Positions 35,605-49,000 of a DNA stretch of 64,000 nt are shown here, one piece after another. The translations under genes and the position numbers were made by a program. Source of the DNA: Moniliella sp. 'wahieum' (lineage: Eukaryota). The first letter of the stretch is position 1; the number at the start of each line of letters is the position of its first letter. The DNA lies in assembly GCA_003971905.1 (NCBI GenBank), contig RSEE01000010.1:1-64000 (forward strand), in the 5' to 3' direction. Below the pieces are notes generated by a model. It saw nothing but the letters and a program-made list of their open reading frames with translations. It ran no database searches and had not been told where the DNA came from.

Positions 35605-38339
35605 ATGGCTGTCGCTGCGATCCACGTGGCTGCCGGCGTCACCGCCGCCACACAGGAATACACACCTGGCGTTGCCCCCATCCGCCCTGAGTATGTCCTG
35701 GCTATGCCTGCGCGTGGCCGCCGTGCGGAGGACGAGGCCAGTGCCCAGGTTGCGGGCGAGCCGACGCGTGATGCCACTGCCAAGAACGATGCAAGGCCGA
35801 TGGCAGGAGCGACGACAAGGGCAATGGCGATGCCGATGCCGATGGTGATTCCCGTGATGCCGGACCCACTGGTACATCTGACGGCGAGCCCGATGCGAAG
35901 AAGCCCAAGTTGAAAGGTGCGGCGCGCAAGCGGGCCAAGAGGGAGGAGAATGCGGGCGGCGGGCGCAGCAAAAGCAAAACCAAAAGCAAAGCCAAAACCA
36001 AACTCGAGGACAGAACAAGAACCGCAAGTTTGGCTCGAGGCGAGACCAAAGGGAACGGACTGTGCGACTCGATGATCCGGGCCGCGGCTGTGTCGGGGGA
36101 TAACGTGTTGGATCCGCGCCGGTGTGCCCGGGGTGGACCTCCGCCGCAAGGCGGGTGTTGGCACGAACACGATCCTTTGGTGTACCTGGCGTCCAAGGCG
36201 AAAGATATTGATTTCCCCCCGCCTCCGCCTGCTTTGCCCTTGCCTGTGGGGCAAGGTGCTGAGGCTGGGTCGGCGCATCCTCGGGATATGCACCTTCTTC
36301 GCCCGATTGGCACGTCGACGCCGGCCTCGGGCCTGGCGCCTGCGGCACAGGCGTACCTCGATGCCCACTACCAAACCACCGCACCGTTTGTGCGGTGTGA
36401 CAACACGTCTCCCCCCACCGCGCTTGCGGGTAGCCAAGACGAGACAAAGGAGAGTGAGGAGTCTCGGCGTGAGCAGGATGTAAGCCAGTCGTTGCGGCCG
36501 GGCACGTACTGTCCTCCGTACGACGAACACGGTTCGTGCCAAGCTGGATGGCGGTGCCGACTGATGGGTGCGCATGCGCATCGGATTGATGAGGGCGAAT
36601 CGACGCCCGCGGGCAGCAGTAGCAGTACCACCACCCGAGTTGGTCCGCTTGAATTGGAGGAGTACCGGTGCCCAAGGACGAGAAGGACGAAGCGCATGTC
36701 TCGGCACGTCGCGCTTTGCCCTGAACGAGTTCAATTGGGTCCCACAAGATGTGATGAAAGCGTTGCGCAAAAAGGAGTACCCTTTGCCTTACACCTCGGT
36801 GCTCTTCGCAAATTGGCCGAGCTGCCCGTCGGAAACAAGACCAAATCACCGTCACTCCGACGAAGCTCGCGCCGAGTTCCCCCTGGTGCTTAAGCGGGTG
36901 CGGGAACAACGAGCCAAAGCTCAGCACCGCTCAAACCAAGGGCAAACGTAAACGTGCCGGCACCGGCACCGGCACCGGCACCGGTGCCGGATCCGTCCAC
37001 TGGCGAAGTGGATTGGGATGCTGGAGAACGAAGGGGCTGCGGTGAGCGTGCCGGCTCCGGCTCCGGCGCCCGTGGACGAGCCTACGCCCACGCCCGGATC
37101 AGAACCCAGCGTTGTGCAAGAAGAGCAAGACGAGCTTCATTTGCTCTATGACTATCTTCCGTTGACCTCGCCCGTCCGCGCTCGTGTGAGAAGAAGAGCG
37201 ATTGGATTGGCATGGGGACCTGTACTTGGCCCCACTCACCACCGTGGGCAACTTACCGTTCCGCCGCTTGTGCACTATTTGGCGTGGACATAACCTGTGG
37301 CGAGATGGGGCTGGCGGAATCGTACTGTCTGGGCAATCCTTCGGAATGGTCGTTGGTGCGTCGATGGGAAGGCGAGAGGACGTTTGGTGCGCAACTGTGT
37401 GGGTCGCGACAGGACCAATTGGTGCCGGTCGCGAGGCACTGTACAATGAGTGCGGACCGCAACAGTTGGACTTTGTCGATCTCAACTGTGGCTGTCCATT
37501 GACTTGGTCTGCAAACCGAGGTGGTGGCAGTGCGCTCATGGACCACATTGGTCGGCTCGGCACCATTGTCAAGGGCATGAATGCCGTTCTGGGCGAGATC
37601 CCCGTCACGGTCAAAGTGCGGACGGGAACGACGGGCAACCGGACCCAGACCGCTCACAATCTCTTGCCCCGCTTGCCGCTCGAGTTTGGCGCTGGAGCAG
37701 TGACGCTGCATGGGCGGTCGAAGCAGCAACGGTACAAGTCCATGGCCGACTGGTCGTACATTGCGCAGTGTGCTCGTGGGGTGCGCGCGGCGGTGCGTCG
37801 GGCCAATGAGGAAGCGAGCGAAGCCGATGCGCCCGAAATGGCGCCTGTGCCCGTGTACGGTAATGGCGACGTGTACAGTTTTGAGGATACGATGCGCACA
37901 TGTCCTTGGGCGAATTGGACGGATGCATGATTGGTCGTGGTGGGCTGATCAAGCCGTGGCTGTTTACGGAGATCAAGGAGCACCGCGATTGGGACATTTC
38001 GTCTCGCGAGCGCCTCGACACGGTCCGTCAGTTTTGCCAACGGCTTGGCCCATTGGGGGGCCGACACGCATGGCGTCCAGCTCACGCGTCGGTTCTTGTG
38101 TGAAGCCATGAGTTTCTGGCACCGCTATGTCCGCTTGGTCTGCTCGAGTACCTGCCTCCCCGTCTCAACGACCGGCCGCCCACGTTCCAAGGCCGCGACG
38201 AACTGGAGACGCTGTTGGCTTCGCCCAACGCCGCGGACTGGGTCAGGTGTCGGACATGTTTTTGGGACCGGCGCCGGCAGAGTGGCATTTTGTGCCCAAG
38301 CACAAGTCCAATTCGTACGACCAAGAGGCTCAAGGGTAA
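35605..38339 (+). CDS. DUS3: tRNA-dihydrouridine(47) synthase Dus3 (frameshifted in assembly)
   Basis: [12 protein letters not shown]-like fingers; [77 protein letters not shown]. Confidence 0.95.
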
Positions 38340-38541
38340 ACACGACTTTTTGTATCCGCATGCACATCCACATTCACTCCATCTATACTTGTTCTTCTGG
38401 AAAAGGGGAACCGACCCCTTCTCGTTCTATGTTGGGCTTTAAGCGTGGGCGGTACGAACAGATAGGTCTATGCACATAGCCATGGTGTCCTGAAGATTGA
38501 TTGGGACCACTGTGCAAGCAGGTCGAAACCAAGCAATCACA

Positions 38542-39835
38542 TCACCTGACCGCGATGAGACGGCGGCCCCGGTTGAGCTCCAAGGAGCGGATGCTAGGCA
38601 TCTGGGAACCACGCTTCATGCGGCTGCCCTTTTGACCGTAGGGGTTACCGTACGCGATCGGGTTGTGGCCACCGTAGAGCATGGCTGCCGCGCACTTGAC
38701 CACGTTCATCGGGTTGCACTGCCAATCACGTCGCACTCAGGTCCTGGATCCCGGCAGCCTTGCAAAAGCCATGGAGCGAGGGAGGAATGCGCAGTCCAAA
38801 GCCTATAACACCCCCGAAAAACAAAAGAAAAAACAGAAAAACCATACACCTCGTTAGCTTCCATCGATCACATCAAGCAAGAGGGGGAGGAGTAACAAGG
38901 ACGTACCTGCTGGCCGAGGACGCATGATCAACTTGGTCGCACCAAACTTGTGTCCCAGACCATGGGGATGGTCCGGCCCTCGTACCGCTCAATAAAGTCC
39001 ATGCTCTTCACGGCCTCCACCAGGCCCATCTGGAAAGCGACACGGGGCATGGCATCCCTTCCCTGTCCGTACCCGACCATGCCGCGGCCGTTGCCAGCGA
39101 CGACCATGACGTAGAAGGAGGCGACGCGGCCCTTTTTGGACTGGTGCACAACACGCTTGACAGTAACGGTGTAGCGGTGCAGGGTACGGATCTCTTCAAT
39201 CGAAAGTGGGGTGACCTCGGAGATCTTCTGCTCCACCTCGTCCATCACGTTGGGCGTGAGACCACGGCCGTGGCGACGGAAGATGGGGCCGTTGGTGTCG
39301 GGGTTAATGTTGTACCACTGGATCTCGCCGCGCTTGGGCATGTGGACCGAAGGCTCGATTTTCTGCTTCACGACCGTGTCGAGGATGGATGGGGTCGGGC
39401 ACATCGAGAATGGACTGGATCGAGGCAAAGTCTTTGAGGCGGAAGGGCGGTAAGGGTGCTCATACACCGACTCGGGCGGGACCGAGTCTTTGCCATGGAG
39501 CAGCACGCTCGGGTTGATACGCGGGCGGATCCACTGGTGCTTGGCCAGCTTACGGTCGACGGCTTCGCGGGGGGTCTTGGGCTGCGTGCGCAGCAGATAC
39601 TCGCGCGTCTTTTCCGCGACGGTGGCCGTGCCTGCCCAGCACCCTTGTTGAGGATGGGCGCGTCAGCAACGGAAGAAGCGTCGGCGTCGTCGGTCTGGGC
39701 CGAAGCGTCGGCGTCCGTCGCGGGCGCAGCGTCGGGGGCGCGAGCAGCAGCGGAGGCAGCCAGCCCGCGGCGGAGGGTGAGCGGGGCGGAGCGGGAGACA
39801 AGCGGACGCAGGCGCCCGACGGCTACGCTGAGCAT
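38542..39835 (-). CDS. MRPS5: Mitochondrial ribosomal protein uS5m; intron 38803-38906
   Basis: Presequence MLSVAVGRLRPLVSRS...; KRVVHQSKKGR...VVAGNGRGMVGYG; RPRPA|GFGLR...AGIQDLSA; NPMNVVK; GTACGT..GCTAAC..TAG intron. Confidence 0.93.
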
Positions 39836-40247
39836 GGCGGGCAGGACGAGGGCGAGGGCGAGGGCGGCGGCAGAGAGAGAGGAGAGACGGGAGCATCCAG
39901 CCGCCGCTGGGCCACCCAAATCTTCCCGGCGGAATGCGCGGGCGGAATGGACATCTCCAATTTCATCGCCCCACACGGCAGCACCAGCGCATTGAGATTT
40001 GAAACTGGCCCGTGGCGCTGCGGGGGGATTTGTTGATCGCGTCGATTGCCGATTGGCCAGCGGCTGCTCGACATGAATACTCCCGGCGTCTATGCTTCCC
40101 CCGGCCCAGTGGTCTAACACCGACATCCAACCATTGTCTGCTCGCACGCACACGTCGATAGAAACACCAATACACAACACACAGCACGAAGAAGAGCACA
40201 CCCTCACCCCCACTCTTCACAACCAACACCTCCCAACCACCACCTCC

Positions 40248-43200
40248 TACTCATCCTTCGACCCCACGTCGGTCTTGTGCAGCTTCTTGGCCAGGGCTGA
40301 GGAAAGACGACCGTTTCTTAACCTTGCCCGCCTCACGCTTCGGCTCGTGCTGCATCGCACTTTCCGCGCCCACCGTTCCCGGGCCCAGCACTTGGTCCTG
40401 CACCAGCGCCGTCGCACCCACCGACGGATCGTACGTGCCGCCTCCTACGGGGTGTTGCGTGCCGTCTGCCCCTCCCGGGCCGAGCGGGACCCCGACCCCG
40501 ACCCCGACTGCACCTCCAACTCCGGTCGGCGCCCGGAACACCAGCAACCGCCGCTACGGCACCGGTTGCTCTGCCCCAGGCGTGGCGTGCGCACCAGCAC
40601 TCGTCTCCGCCACGGCACGTCGCGCGGAACTTGTTGTTCCAGTCGGCGCTGCGCCGCACTCGCCTCGCTCCGGTCCACCTCTACTCGGGTAACGACGCGA
40701 CCTGGTGTACCACACCGTCCGAAGGCTCACCTGCCCTCGCCGTGGAGGATGCGACAGCCGGTGCAGCAGCACCAAGTAGCACCAGTAGTACCAGTAGCAG
40801 CACCAGTCAACCGTAGCAGCAGTAGTACCAGTAGCAGCAAGTAGCAGCACCAGTAGTAGTACAGGGGCAGCAGCAGCAGAGGCGACACGGAAGAGGTAGC
40901 GGGTCTCGTGTCCAACGCTGGTGGGCCGTGTTGTGGTTCTCGGCTTGCATGGCGCCGACCGTGCCGGGTCCCCAGACCTGTTCCTCAGCCAGCGCCGTGG
41001 GGCCGGACGCTGGGTCGTACGTGCCGCCACCGATGGGGGCCGAGCTTGTCTCGCTCTCAAAGTGACGGCCGCGAACGGCAGCAGGTGCTGATCCTCTGCA
41101 CCCGTCGTTCGGCAGCGAAGCATACTCGTGCCCAAGTGCGTGCCCATGCCCGTGCCTATGCTGGGGATAGGCCACGGCGTGCTGCGGGAAGGTGCGTCAG
41201 GCGGGACGGCTTGTTCGCGTCTGCGTTGGGCGGCAAGAACCTCGTTCTGGTCCACCTCGACCCGGGGCAAGGAGGCGACCTGGTGCACGACCCAGTCCGA
41301 TGGCACGCGCGTCCGGCCACCGCGGTAGCGTCTCCACGACCGCATCCTGTTGGTCTGAGCTTGCCTCCGTGGGCAGGGTGGACGATGCTGGTACTGTTCC
41401 TGCACCCGTTCGGCTGCTACAGTTCCAGGGCCCAGAACTTGCTCTTGCACCAACGCCGTCGGTCCCACCGAGCTGTCGTACGTCCCCCCCCCCAAGGCTG
41501 GGGCTGCGTCGGAGCAGCGGCCGGGTCGACGGGGGCGAGGGTGGTGGCGTCACCCGGCGTAGGGTGCGCAACTAGCGTTTCAACGTCCCCTGACCTGACT
41601 GTCCGTTGAGGTTCCGGTTCCGGTTCAGTTGGGATTTGGTCAGAACGTCGGGTTCGGTATGCGCCTGTGGCACTGTCGTTGTCGTGCCGACGCCGGCCGG
41701 GGGGAAGCAGCAGCGATCTCAGCTGCATCCGCGTGCGCGGTAGCGTCCGGTACATACCCCCCAGGCGGCGTGCCTACCACTTCCCCCGTTTCGGCTTCGT
41801 CCGCGTGCGAACCGCCGTGCCACCAGCCTTCGATGGCCGTGGTAAGCGAGCTGAGCAGACCACCAGCCTGTGTGTCCGTGGCCGTGGCCGTGGCAGGGTC
41901 CGTGGTTGGGTCCGTGGGGGGGTCCGTGGGGGGGTCCGTGGTCCGGTCCGTGGTAGTGACAGCGACCGGGGTACCGTGCGTCGAGCTCGGCTCGGCAATC
42001 GGACCGGTACGTACGTCTGCGCCGTCCGTAGCCGAGGGCACCTCGGTGGTGGAGGGGAGCACGACGTGCGCATCACTGGCGCCCGTCTCGACGCGGGTGG
42101 GGTCCGTTTTGGGCATCGCCGACGGGACACGGGCGGGTCGGGATCGATCCCAGTGGCTGTGGGTGGTGCGATAGATCCGAGACCCACAACAGTGTGCGTC
42201 GCAGGCTGCGTCGCAGGCTCGCGCGTGTCAAGTGCGGAAGCTGGTGTCACGTCCGAGCGCGAGACGGGACCATGTGCCAGGGCCGCGCTTGGCACCACGT
42301 ACTCTGCTTCCGCGTCCAGAGGGGTGGCGCGGGACGAAGGACCCCCAAGTGAGGGTGGTGATTATGCAGGTCCGGATGGGCGTCGGACACCCCTGATCCG
42401 GCCAACGCGGCACTGGGCACAACGTACTGTTCGTCCGCGGCCGCCGTACGGCCCGAAGGGTGGCTCGCGTGGTCCAGCCCCCGTGTCTCGGACGGGGCAG
42501 GGGCAGCGAGCGCCGCACTGGGCACCACGTACGCGTCTGCTGCATCCAGAGCGGGCGCACGCGACGAGGGACTGGCCAAGTGAGCGTGGTGAGGATGCAG
42601 GCCAGGATGGGCATCGGACAACGGTGGGCCGGCCAGCGCGGCACTGGGCACAACGTACTGTTCGTCCGTGTCCACGGGACGGACGACGGACGTGTGGGAA
42701 GGCTGTGGATGCGGCGGATGCGCCGAAGGGGCCGGCGCAAGCGCAGCAGCTGGATCGAGATAGCGATCGGCAGACGGCACGGGGGTGGGATGCGACCGCC
42801 CATACCCGGCCGGTGAGTCCGCCGTCGCCACGGTCCTTCCAGCTGGACTGGGAAGCGCAGCAGCTGGATCAATGTACTGTTCCACGGGCTTGTCGAGCGC
42901 ACCAGCGGGAGCAGCCTGCGCTGGACCGGCAAGTGCGGCAGCCGGATCAATGTACTGTTCCACGCGCTTGTCGAGCGTGCTGGGAGCGGCTTGTGCAGGC
43001 GCCACGGCGGCAGGACGCTCGGCCCGAACGGAAGACGGTAACGCGCCGCCTCGTACGCCAGGACCTTGTCGGCCGACGGGGGCAGGGCGTCGGATGGGGC
43101 GTGGCGGGGCAGGACCGATGCCGGAGCCGGGGGCGGGATGGGCGCCGAGACGGGGGCCGAGATGGGCGCCGAGATGGGCGCCGAGACGGGGGCTGAGACG

Positions 43201-43369
43201 GGCGCGGAAGGGCTGGGGTGGGTATAGGTGGTGGGGGGCAGCCATTCGGGCGGGGCGCCGAGGAGATCTGGCTGGCCAGGGCCTGGTACCCGCCGGGGAT
43301 CTGCTTGCCCGTGGCGGCGCGGGGCTTGTGCTTGATCTTGGTCAGGTCGGGCAGGCCAGAGAGCGACAT
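40248..43369 (-). CDS. Uncharacterised low-complexity protein with several internal repeat families (frameshifted)
   Basis: ATG at 43369 (MSLSGLPDLTKIKHKP) with TATAATATA at ~43422-43430; repeats EQY(V/I)(V/D)P(S/A)AALA, GGGTYD.S.G.TAL..EQV.GPGTV and PSD.VVHQVASLPRVEVD. Confidence 0.7.
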
Positions 43370-43931
43370 GGCGGAGGGGGAGGTGGGGGGGGCGACGGAA
43401 GAATGGGGCGCTGTGCGTTGGTATATTATAGGGTGCTGGTGAGGCCTCATACACTCATGTGCTCCCACGGACCACCGGCACGCACCGACGTCATCGATCA
43501 TCTCGCCGTCGCCGCACTGCCTCAGCCTGCCTCGCCCCAGTGCGGCTGTCTGCGTTGCATGTTGCCCGATCGCTACTACCCAGTACTCAGTCTGAGTACT
43601 ACTCACTAGTCACTCCATATTCACTAGTCCCCCCTCAGCACGCCGCCTCGCGCGTCACTGGACCGGTCCCATTCCAGTTGCGTTCGCCATCGGCTCGGCC
43701 GGTCGGATGGCTGGATGCGGATGGTTAACCCCACGGCTGCTGCCTGCGTCGTTCGAACTGCGCAGCATCACCCACCCCGCCGCCCTCACCGCTCGACCCA
43801 GCGCACAGCATCCATCACACACCCCCATCACATGTCACGTGTCCATGACATCATCCACATCATCCATCATGCATCATCCATCATTCCTCTCCCCCCGCCC
43901 TCTATTCCCTTTCGGTTGAGTTGAGCCCACA

Positions 43932-43980
43932 CCCATGCCCAAGCCCATGCCCATGTCCATGCCCATGTCCATGCCCATCC
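43932..43980. repeat. (CCCATG)n hexamer microsatellite
   Basis: CCCATGCCCAAGCCCATGCCCATGTCCATG... Confidence 0.8.
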
Positions 43981-44339
43981 CCAGCTCTGCCGTCTCCTCC
44001 GCCCCCCCGTCTCCTCCCGCAGCTCGCCACCCCCAAGCCAGCCCCTGAGCAGGTGCGTCTCCTGTCCTTACCCCCCTGCTCCACCTCCTGACTCTCTGCC
44101 CATGCATCCATGCCCCCCCCCAGCTTTCGCGCCGCCCAGGCCGCCTCCGATGTCCAGTTCATGGCCACCCTCAGCACATGCATGGGAAACCTTCGTGGTG
44201 CGTTGCCTGCCTCCCTGCCTGCCTACCCGCCCGCGCACTTGACCCTTTCCCACCCATTCACTCATCAATCCCCCCCCCCTGCCCCCCTGCGGTCTCGTAC
44301 CCCTCTTCTTCCCCGCTCCTGGTGCCTGTCCATTCGACC

Positions 44340-45166
44340 ATGGTGCATCTCCGGATCGGCGAGCCAACCTGCTGTGTTCCCTCCTTGTCTTCCCTGTCGC
44401 CAGATGCACTGCTTACCGCCACCTCGCCCACCGCCATTCAAGCGAACGATACCGAGTGCATTCAGTGTACGCTACCAACCCTTGGTCTCCCCTATGTTGT
44501 CTGCCTCCCTGCTGTCCTCTTACCTCTCCCCTCGTCCAGCTGCAAAGGAATCGTTGAAAGAGCAGGAACGACTTCTCCCATGATCGCGTACGTTAGATCC
44601 CCCCGCCTGCCCCGCTCTCCGTCCCGCGCTCCGCGCTTGGTCGGCGGGGAACGTCGATGACCAAAGGGAAGAAGTCTGATGCGCATCGTGCTCCAGCGCC
44701 GAGGTGACGCAGCTCACAGCGCTCGGGCAGGAGTATGTGACGCACCTATCTGCTCTGCTGCTTCTGCCCAGAACCCAACGTGGCCCACGTCAAGCTGTTG
44801 GTCGCGCAAATCAAAAGTCAATACGAGCGCCGAGGGGCAATGGAGCAGGCGTTTTTCCAGTCGATGCAGGAGAAACGTACGTTTATCTTATCTTTGTGTC
44901 TTTTTTCCCTTTCTTGTTGGACGGCCGGGAAGTACAGAATACTGAACTGAAGGCTGCAATGACACCTCCCTTGTCGTCGCTGATCCCCATCTCATGGTAT
45001 AGTCGATGCATTTAGCCAAGACGTGGAGACGGAGAGAAACCAACTCAAGAGCCGCCTCGAGGCGTCCTTTGTCCAAGCCAAGACCGAGTTTAAGCGCTCT
45101 GCCGAGTCCCAGGCTCGTACGGCTGCCGCCCGCGCTTTGACCTCGGCCCACTACTACGCATTTTGA
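44340..45166 (+). CDS. Small multi-intron, probably coiled-coil protein
   Basis: Candidate introns 44467-44539, 44588-44696, 44733-44771 and 44877-45002. Exon peptides AKESLKEQERLL, AEVTQLTALGQ, VAHVKLLVAQIKSQYERRGAMEQAFFQSMQEK and DAFSQDVETERNQLKSRLEASFVQAKTEFKRS...YAF*. Confidence 0.55.
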
Positions 45167-45680
45167 TCGGATCCGCCGACGGGTGCCCTCTTCTGTACTT
45201 GGTTTATTTGGGTTTGTTTGTTTTGGTTTCGTTTGGTTTGGTAGTGCCCACCCCTTCCTATGGCGGGCTCATTGTCCTCATACCCTCTTTCCCCTCCACT
45301 CTATACCCCGATCCCTTGTTCCCTCGGTTCGCCGTCGGCGCACACCCCTGTGATGGGTAGACTTGCGATTGGTTTGGATTCATTCTCTCTTTTATTCCCG
45401 ACCTCCCGTCCCCTTCCCTTTTCCGTTTCCTTCTATGGTAAGCCTGTGCTGTTGGCCCTCTTGTGCTGGCGTACCCTCTTTGCTTGACCGGGGGCTGTCG
45501 TCCGGCGGCATGTACGTCTCGCTTCACGGAATGGGTTGTGGTGTAGCCATGGGCAATTATCATGCTGTAGTAGGCGTGGTACGGTAGTGCGTTGCCGGAT
45601 GAAGGTGCCTGGGCGGACGGTTGGAGATGGGTGTCGATGACAGCAAAGGGTGGGGAGGCGAGCACGATCGCAGCAAAAAG

Positions 45681-45775
45681 TGGTCAATATGAGGCTTGAA
45701 CTCATGACCTTGGCATCACCAATACTCCGAACAGATGTATTAGTACCACGCTCTGACCAACTGAGCTAATCGACC
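45681..45775 (-). tRNA. tRNA-Ile(AAT) with 21-nt intron (45717-45737)
   Basis: GGTCGAT/ATTGACC acceptor stem, GCTC/GAGC D-stem, TGGTA-CTAATA^A-TGCCA anticodon arm, TTCAAGC T-loop, downstream T5 terminator. Confidence 0.95.
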
Positions 45776-45844
45776 TTGTTTCGTTTGCGTAAGCGCCCAC
45801 TAGTGTTCCGATATTCAATCCCAACCCATGGGGTGATTCTGACC

Positions 45845-45886
45845 TATGCATGATGCGTGATGCGTGCGATCAGGTGATCACGTGAT
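45845..45886. repeat. Heptamer array
   Basis: CATGATG CGTGATG CGTG...GGTGATC ACGTGATG. Confidence 0.7.
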
Positions 45887-46035
45887 GGACGCGTTGAGGC
45901 GAGTGACAACACGCCAGCGCGAACCCACGCGGGGGTTGGCTGATGGGTTGGTATTTGCTGCGCTGCCCCCACCACCCCTATTCCCCCCCCCACCACCACC
46001 ACCACCTCCCCCCACCTGGCACCACAGCGCCCGCC

Positions 46036-49000
46036 ATGCCGTCGCCCCGCCGCCCGCGTGCGCCACTCGCTTGCGCTCGGCGACCGCCCGCAGCGCCCCA
46101 ACAAGGAAAACACCACCGGCCCTCTCCGCCCTGCCGCGGCCGCCGCCACCCCTGCGCCCTCGGCATCCGTCAAGGCGCCTAAACGCGCACGCCAGTCGCT
46201 GCCGGTGCTTGCGCCGTCGCGGCGTGTGCTCGCGCCGCGCAAGTCGGCTCTCAAACCTACGCAGCAAGTCTTGCCAGTCCCACGGGCCTGCGCCCGGACC
46301 CGATCAACGCGCCCTCGCCCGCCCGCGCGCCCACACCAGCACCATCTCCATCCCCCCTCCCTGACTGACGCGGCGCTGCGCCCACCCAACGCCACGGGAC
46401 CTCTTGAACCCTCTTCCGCGGTTGAGCCGCCCACCAAGCGTCGCCGCGTCACCTTCAGTCGCGTGCAGGAGAAGACCGACTATGGGATTGACGAGCCCAC
46501 CATGTCCATTCGTCCCGCCAGCGAGCACCCCCCGTTCGTCCCACGCTTCCCCCCCGCCTCGGCAGCACGCATCTGGGTCTGGGTCAGCGTCTGGTTCGGA
46601 CTCGGAGTCAGACTCGGACTCGGATTCGGAATCCGACTCGGACTCGGACCCTGATGTGGTCGAGTACCACGCTGCGAGACGCGCGAGTCGGCGGTCCAGC
46701 AGCAGTCGTCCGACGGGGCTCAGTGCAATTCCAGGCGGCTTGGCCGTGCCCCCGCCGCGTGCGGGCGGGACAATGGAGATGGATTTGACGACCGGGTCGA
46801 TGGAGATGGACATTTCCTCCTTCAATCCGTTTGCAGGAACGGAAAGTGAACGGTCCATGTCGCTTACGCATGTACATGACGAAAGTACGTTTGATACGGA
46901 TCCGTCGGATGCGCGGTCGGGCGTGCACTCCCACTTGGACTTGGGCTTGGGCTTGGCCCCGGTGCCTGGAACTGGACCAGCGTCTGTCTCTGCGGCTGCT
47001 GCAACCTGCACCTGCACCTGCGCCACGGCCGTCGGTCGGTGGAGGGTCGATGGACATGGACATGGACTCGACCGACTCGTCCGCTGATGCAGATGGCTCG
47101 ACGACGCAGGACACCCGCTCCTTCTTCTCCCATCGGCCGCAAGACCAAGACCATGACCAAGACCAAGCCGGGGACGGAACGCAGACCATGGCCTTAACGC
47201 GTGTATTTACCTCGCGGCCATCGGATGCGACGCAAACCATGCAGTTGACACGGGTGTACCGCGCCTCGGCCTCGGACCTGACCCGTACCACCGCCGCGTC
47301 CGACGATTGGACACCGACACCGACAACTCCGAACAAGCGGTCAACGACCTTACCCAGCCGATCGCACCCGATGCATCCGGCATGAATCTGACGCGTGTCT
47401 ATCGTGCGGACCAGACGGGCAACGAGACGAGTTGGATGCGAGATGCGTCAGTCTCGGGATCAGGTTCGGATTCGGCCTCGGACTCGGCCACAACCGATGC
47501 TGAAGCGGCGGTCGAGGCCGCGGGCGACCGAACGCAAACCATGCAGTTTACCACCATTTTCCATGCCCCGCCCCCGGAGGAAGATGAGTCTACTACGATC
47601 CAGCATGAGCAGCAGCACGAGGAGGGGGCAGAGGGAGAGGAAGAAGCGCCCTCGTACACACGGCTTCCACTTCGTCGGGCGAATTGTCCACGTCACTGTC
47701 GCAGGAAGATCCCGCTCTCGGCGGCGGGGAGCGAACCATGGAATTCACCCAACCGTCGCGCCCGTCGGCCTTTCGCGCATCGAGGAGGAAGACACGGATA
47801 TGCTTACTTCCTCTCTCGACCATAGCAGTCACCTCCCCCCTTCCTCAGCTACTTCAGCTACAAGCACGTGCGTCAGTCGCTGGCTTCCCGCTCAGTCGAG
47901 CCAGTGTGGCTTCGCCGCCCGCACGCACGCCGCTTCTCGGCGCTTCCGGCACCATCTACGGCAACTGCTACGGGACCTCCTACTTCGCCCAGCCGGTTCC
48001 GGGACCAACTGTTCCATGGCCGCTTCGCCCGGTACCGCCACTCGCCCGCGCGGCGTGGTGCCCACCACCTCGGCTGCTCTGGCGCACGCGGAAGACCCCT
48101 GACGGACCGTCATCGCACGCCCCGCTTGGCTCGCCGAGGCGGAAGCAAGTACCTCTGCCCTATCGGCGTCGGCGTCGGCGTCAGGGTTGGGGTCGGGGTC
48201 CGGGTCGCCGAGGCGGGCCAGTGCCCGTGACACTGCAAGGCTTTTGGAAGCGATGGGTCTGAGTTTCCAAGATGGCTTTACGGCGATGCGACCGCACGTG
48301 ACGCGGCCTGGGACGACGCGGCCGAGCCAGGGGTCGGAAGATGTGTTGCGGTGGGTATCGGTCGCGGCTGGGGCGGCGCCGTGTTAGCGGCGCAAGCGAG
48401 CAGTTGTGCGCAGTTGGCTGAACATGTGGCCCAGGCGGCGTCGACTTGGCCACGGCCGAAACGCAATTCGATGCCCACCCTCCAGCGTGGGCGGCCCCGA
48501 CTTGGTATTTTACCTCCGGAGCGGGAGCGGGAACAGAGCGTGCTGTCGCGGCGCAACTAAAGTGCAAAAAGCGGCCTGCGCGCGCGTTCGCCCGCGCCAC
48601 CTACTACGGGTGGCGCCGCGACAATGAATTGATCCGCCGTGTTGGCGCAGTGACTGCCAATCGTGATCGTTTGGCCGTTGACGCTGAGACGATCGCGTCC
48701 CATTCGAATCGATTCCACCACCTCCTCCCCCGCCTGCGCGCACGCCACGAAAAGTTACGCCCACCCTCGCGCTCGAACGCGAACACGTCAAGGCGGTCGA
48801 AGCGTGTGATCCTAAGGCTTTGGCAGACATTCATGAGCGATTGAGGAACAAGCGTACGTACTTTTTCTGTCCTTTTCTTCTCTCTCTTTCTCTGCAAGGG
48901 GGTTGGGGTGGGGTTGGGGTTGGGCGGGTTGGTTGATCTTATTTCTGACTTTTTTTCTTGTTGCTTGCTGCTTGTGCTTGTTGCTTCTGCTTCTTGTTCG

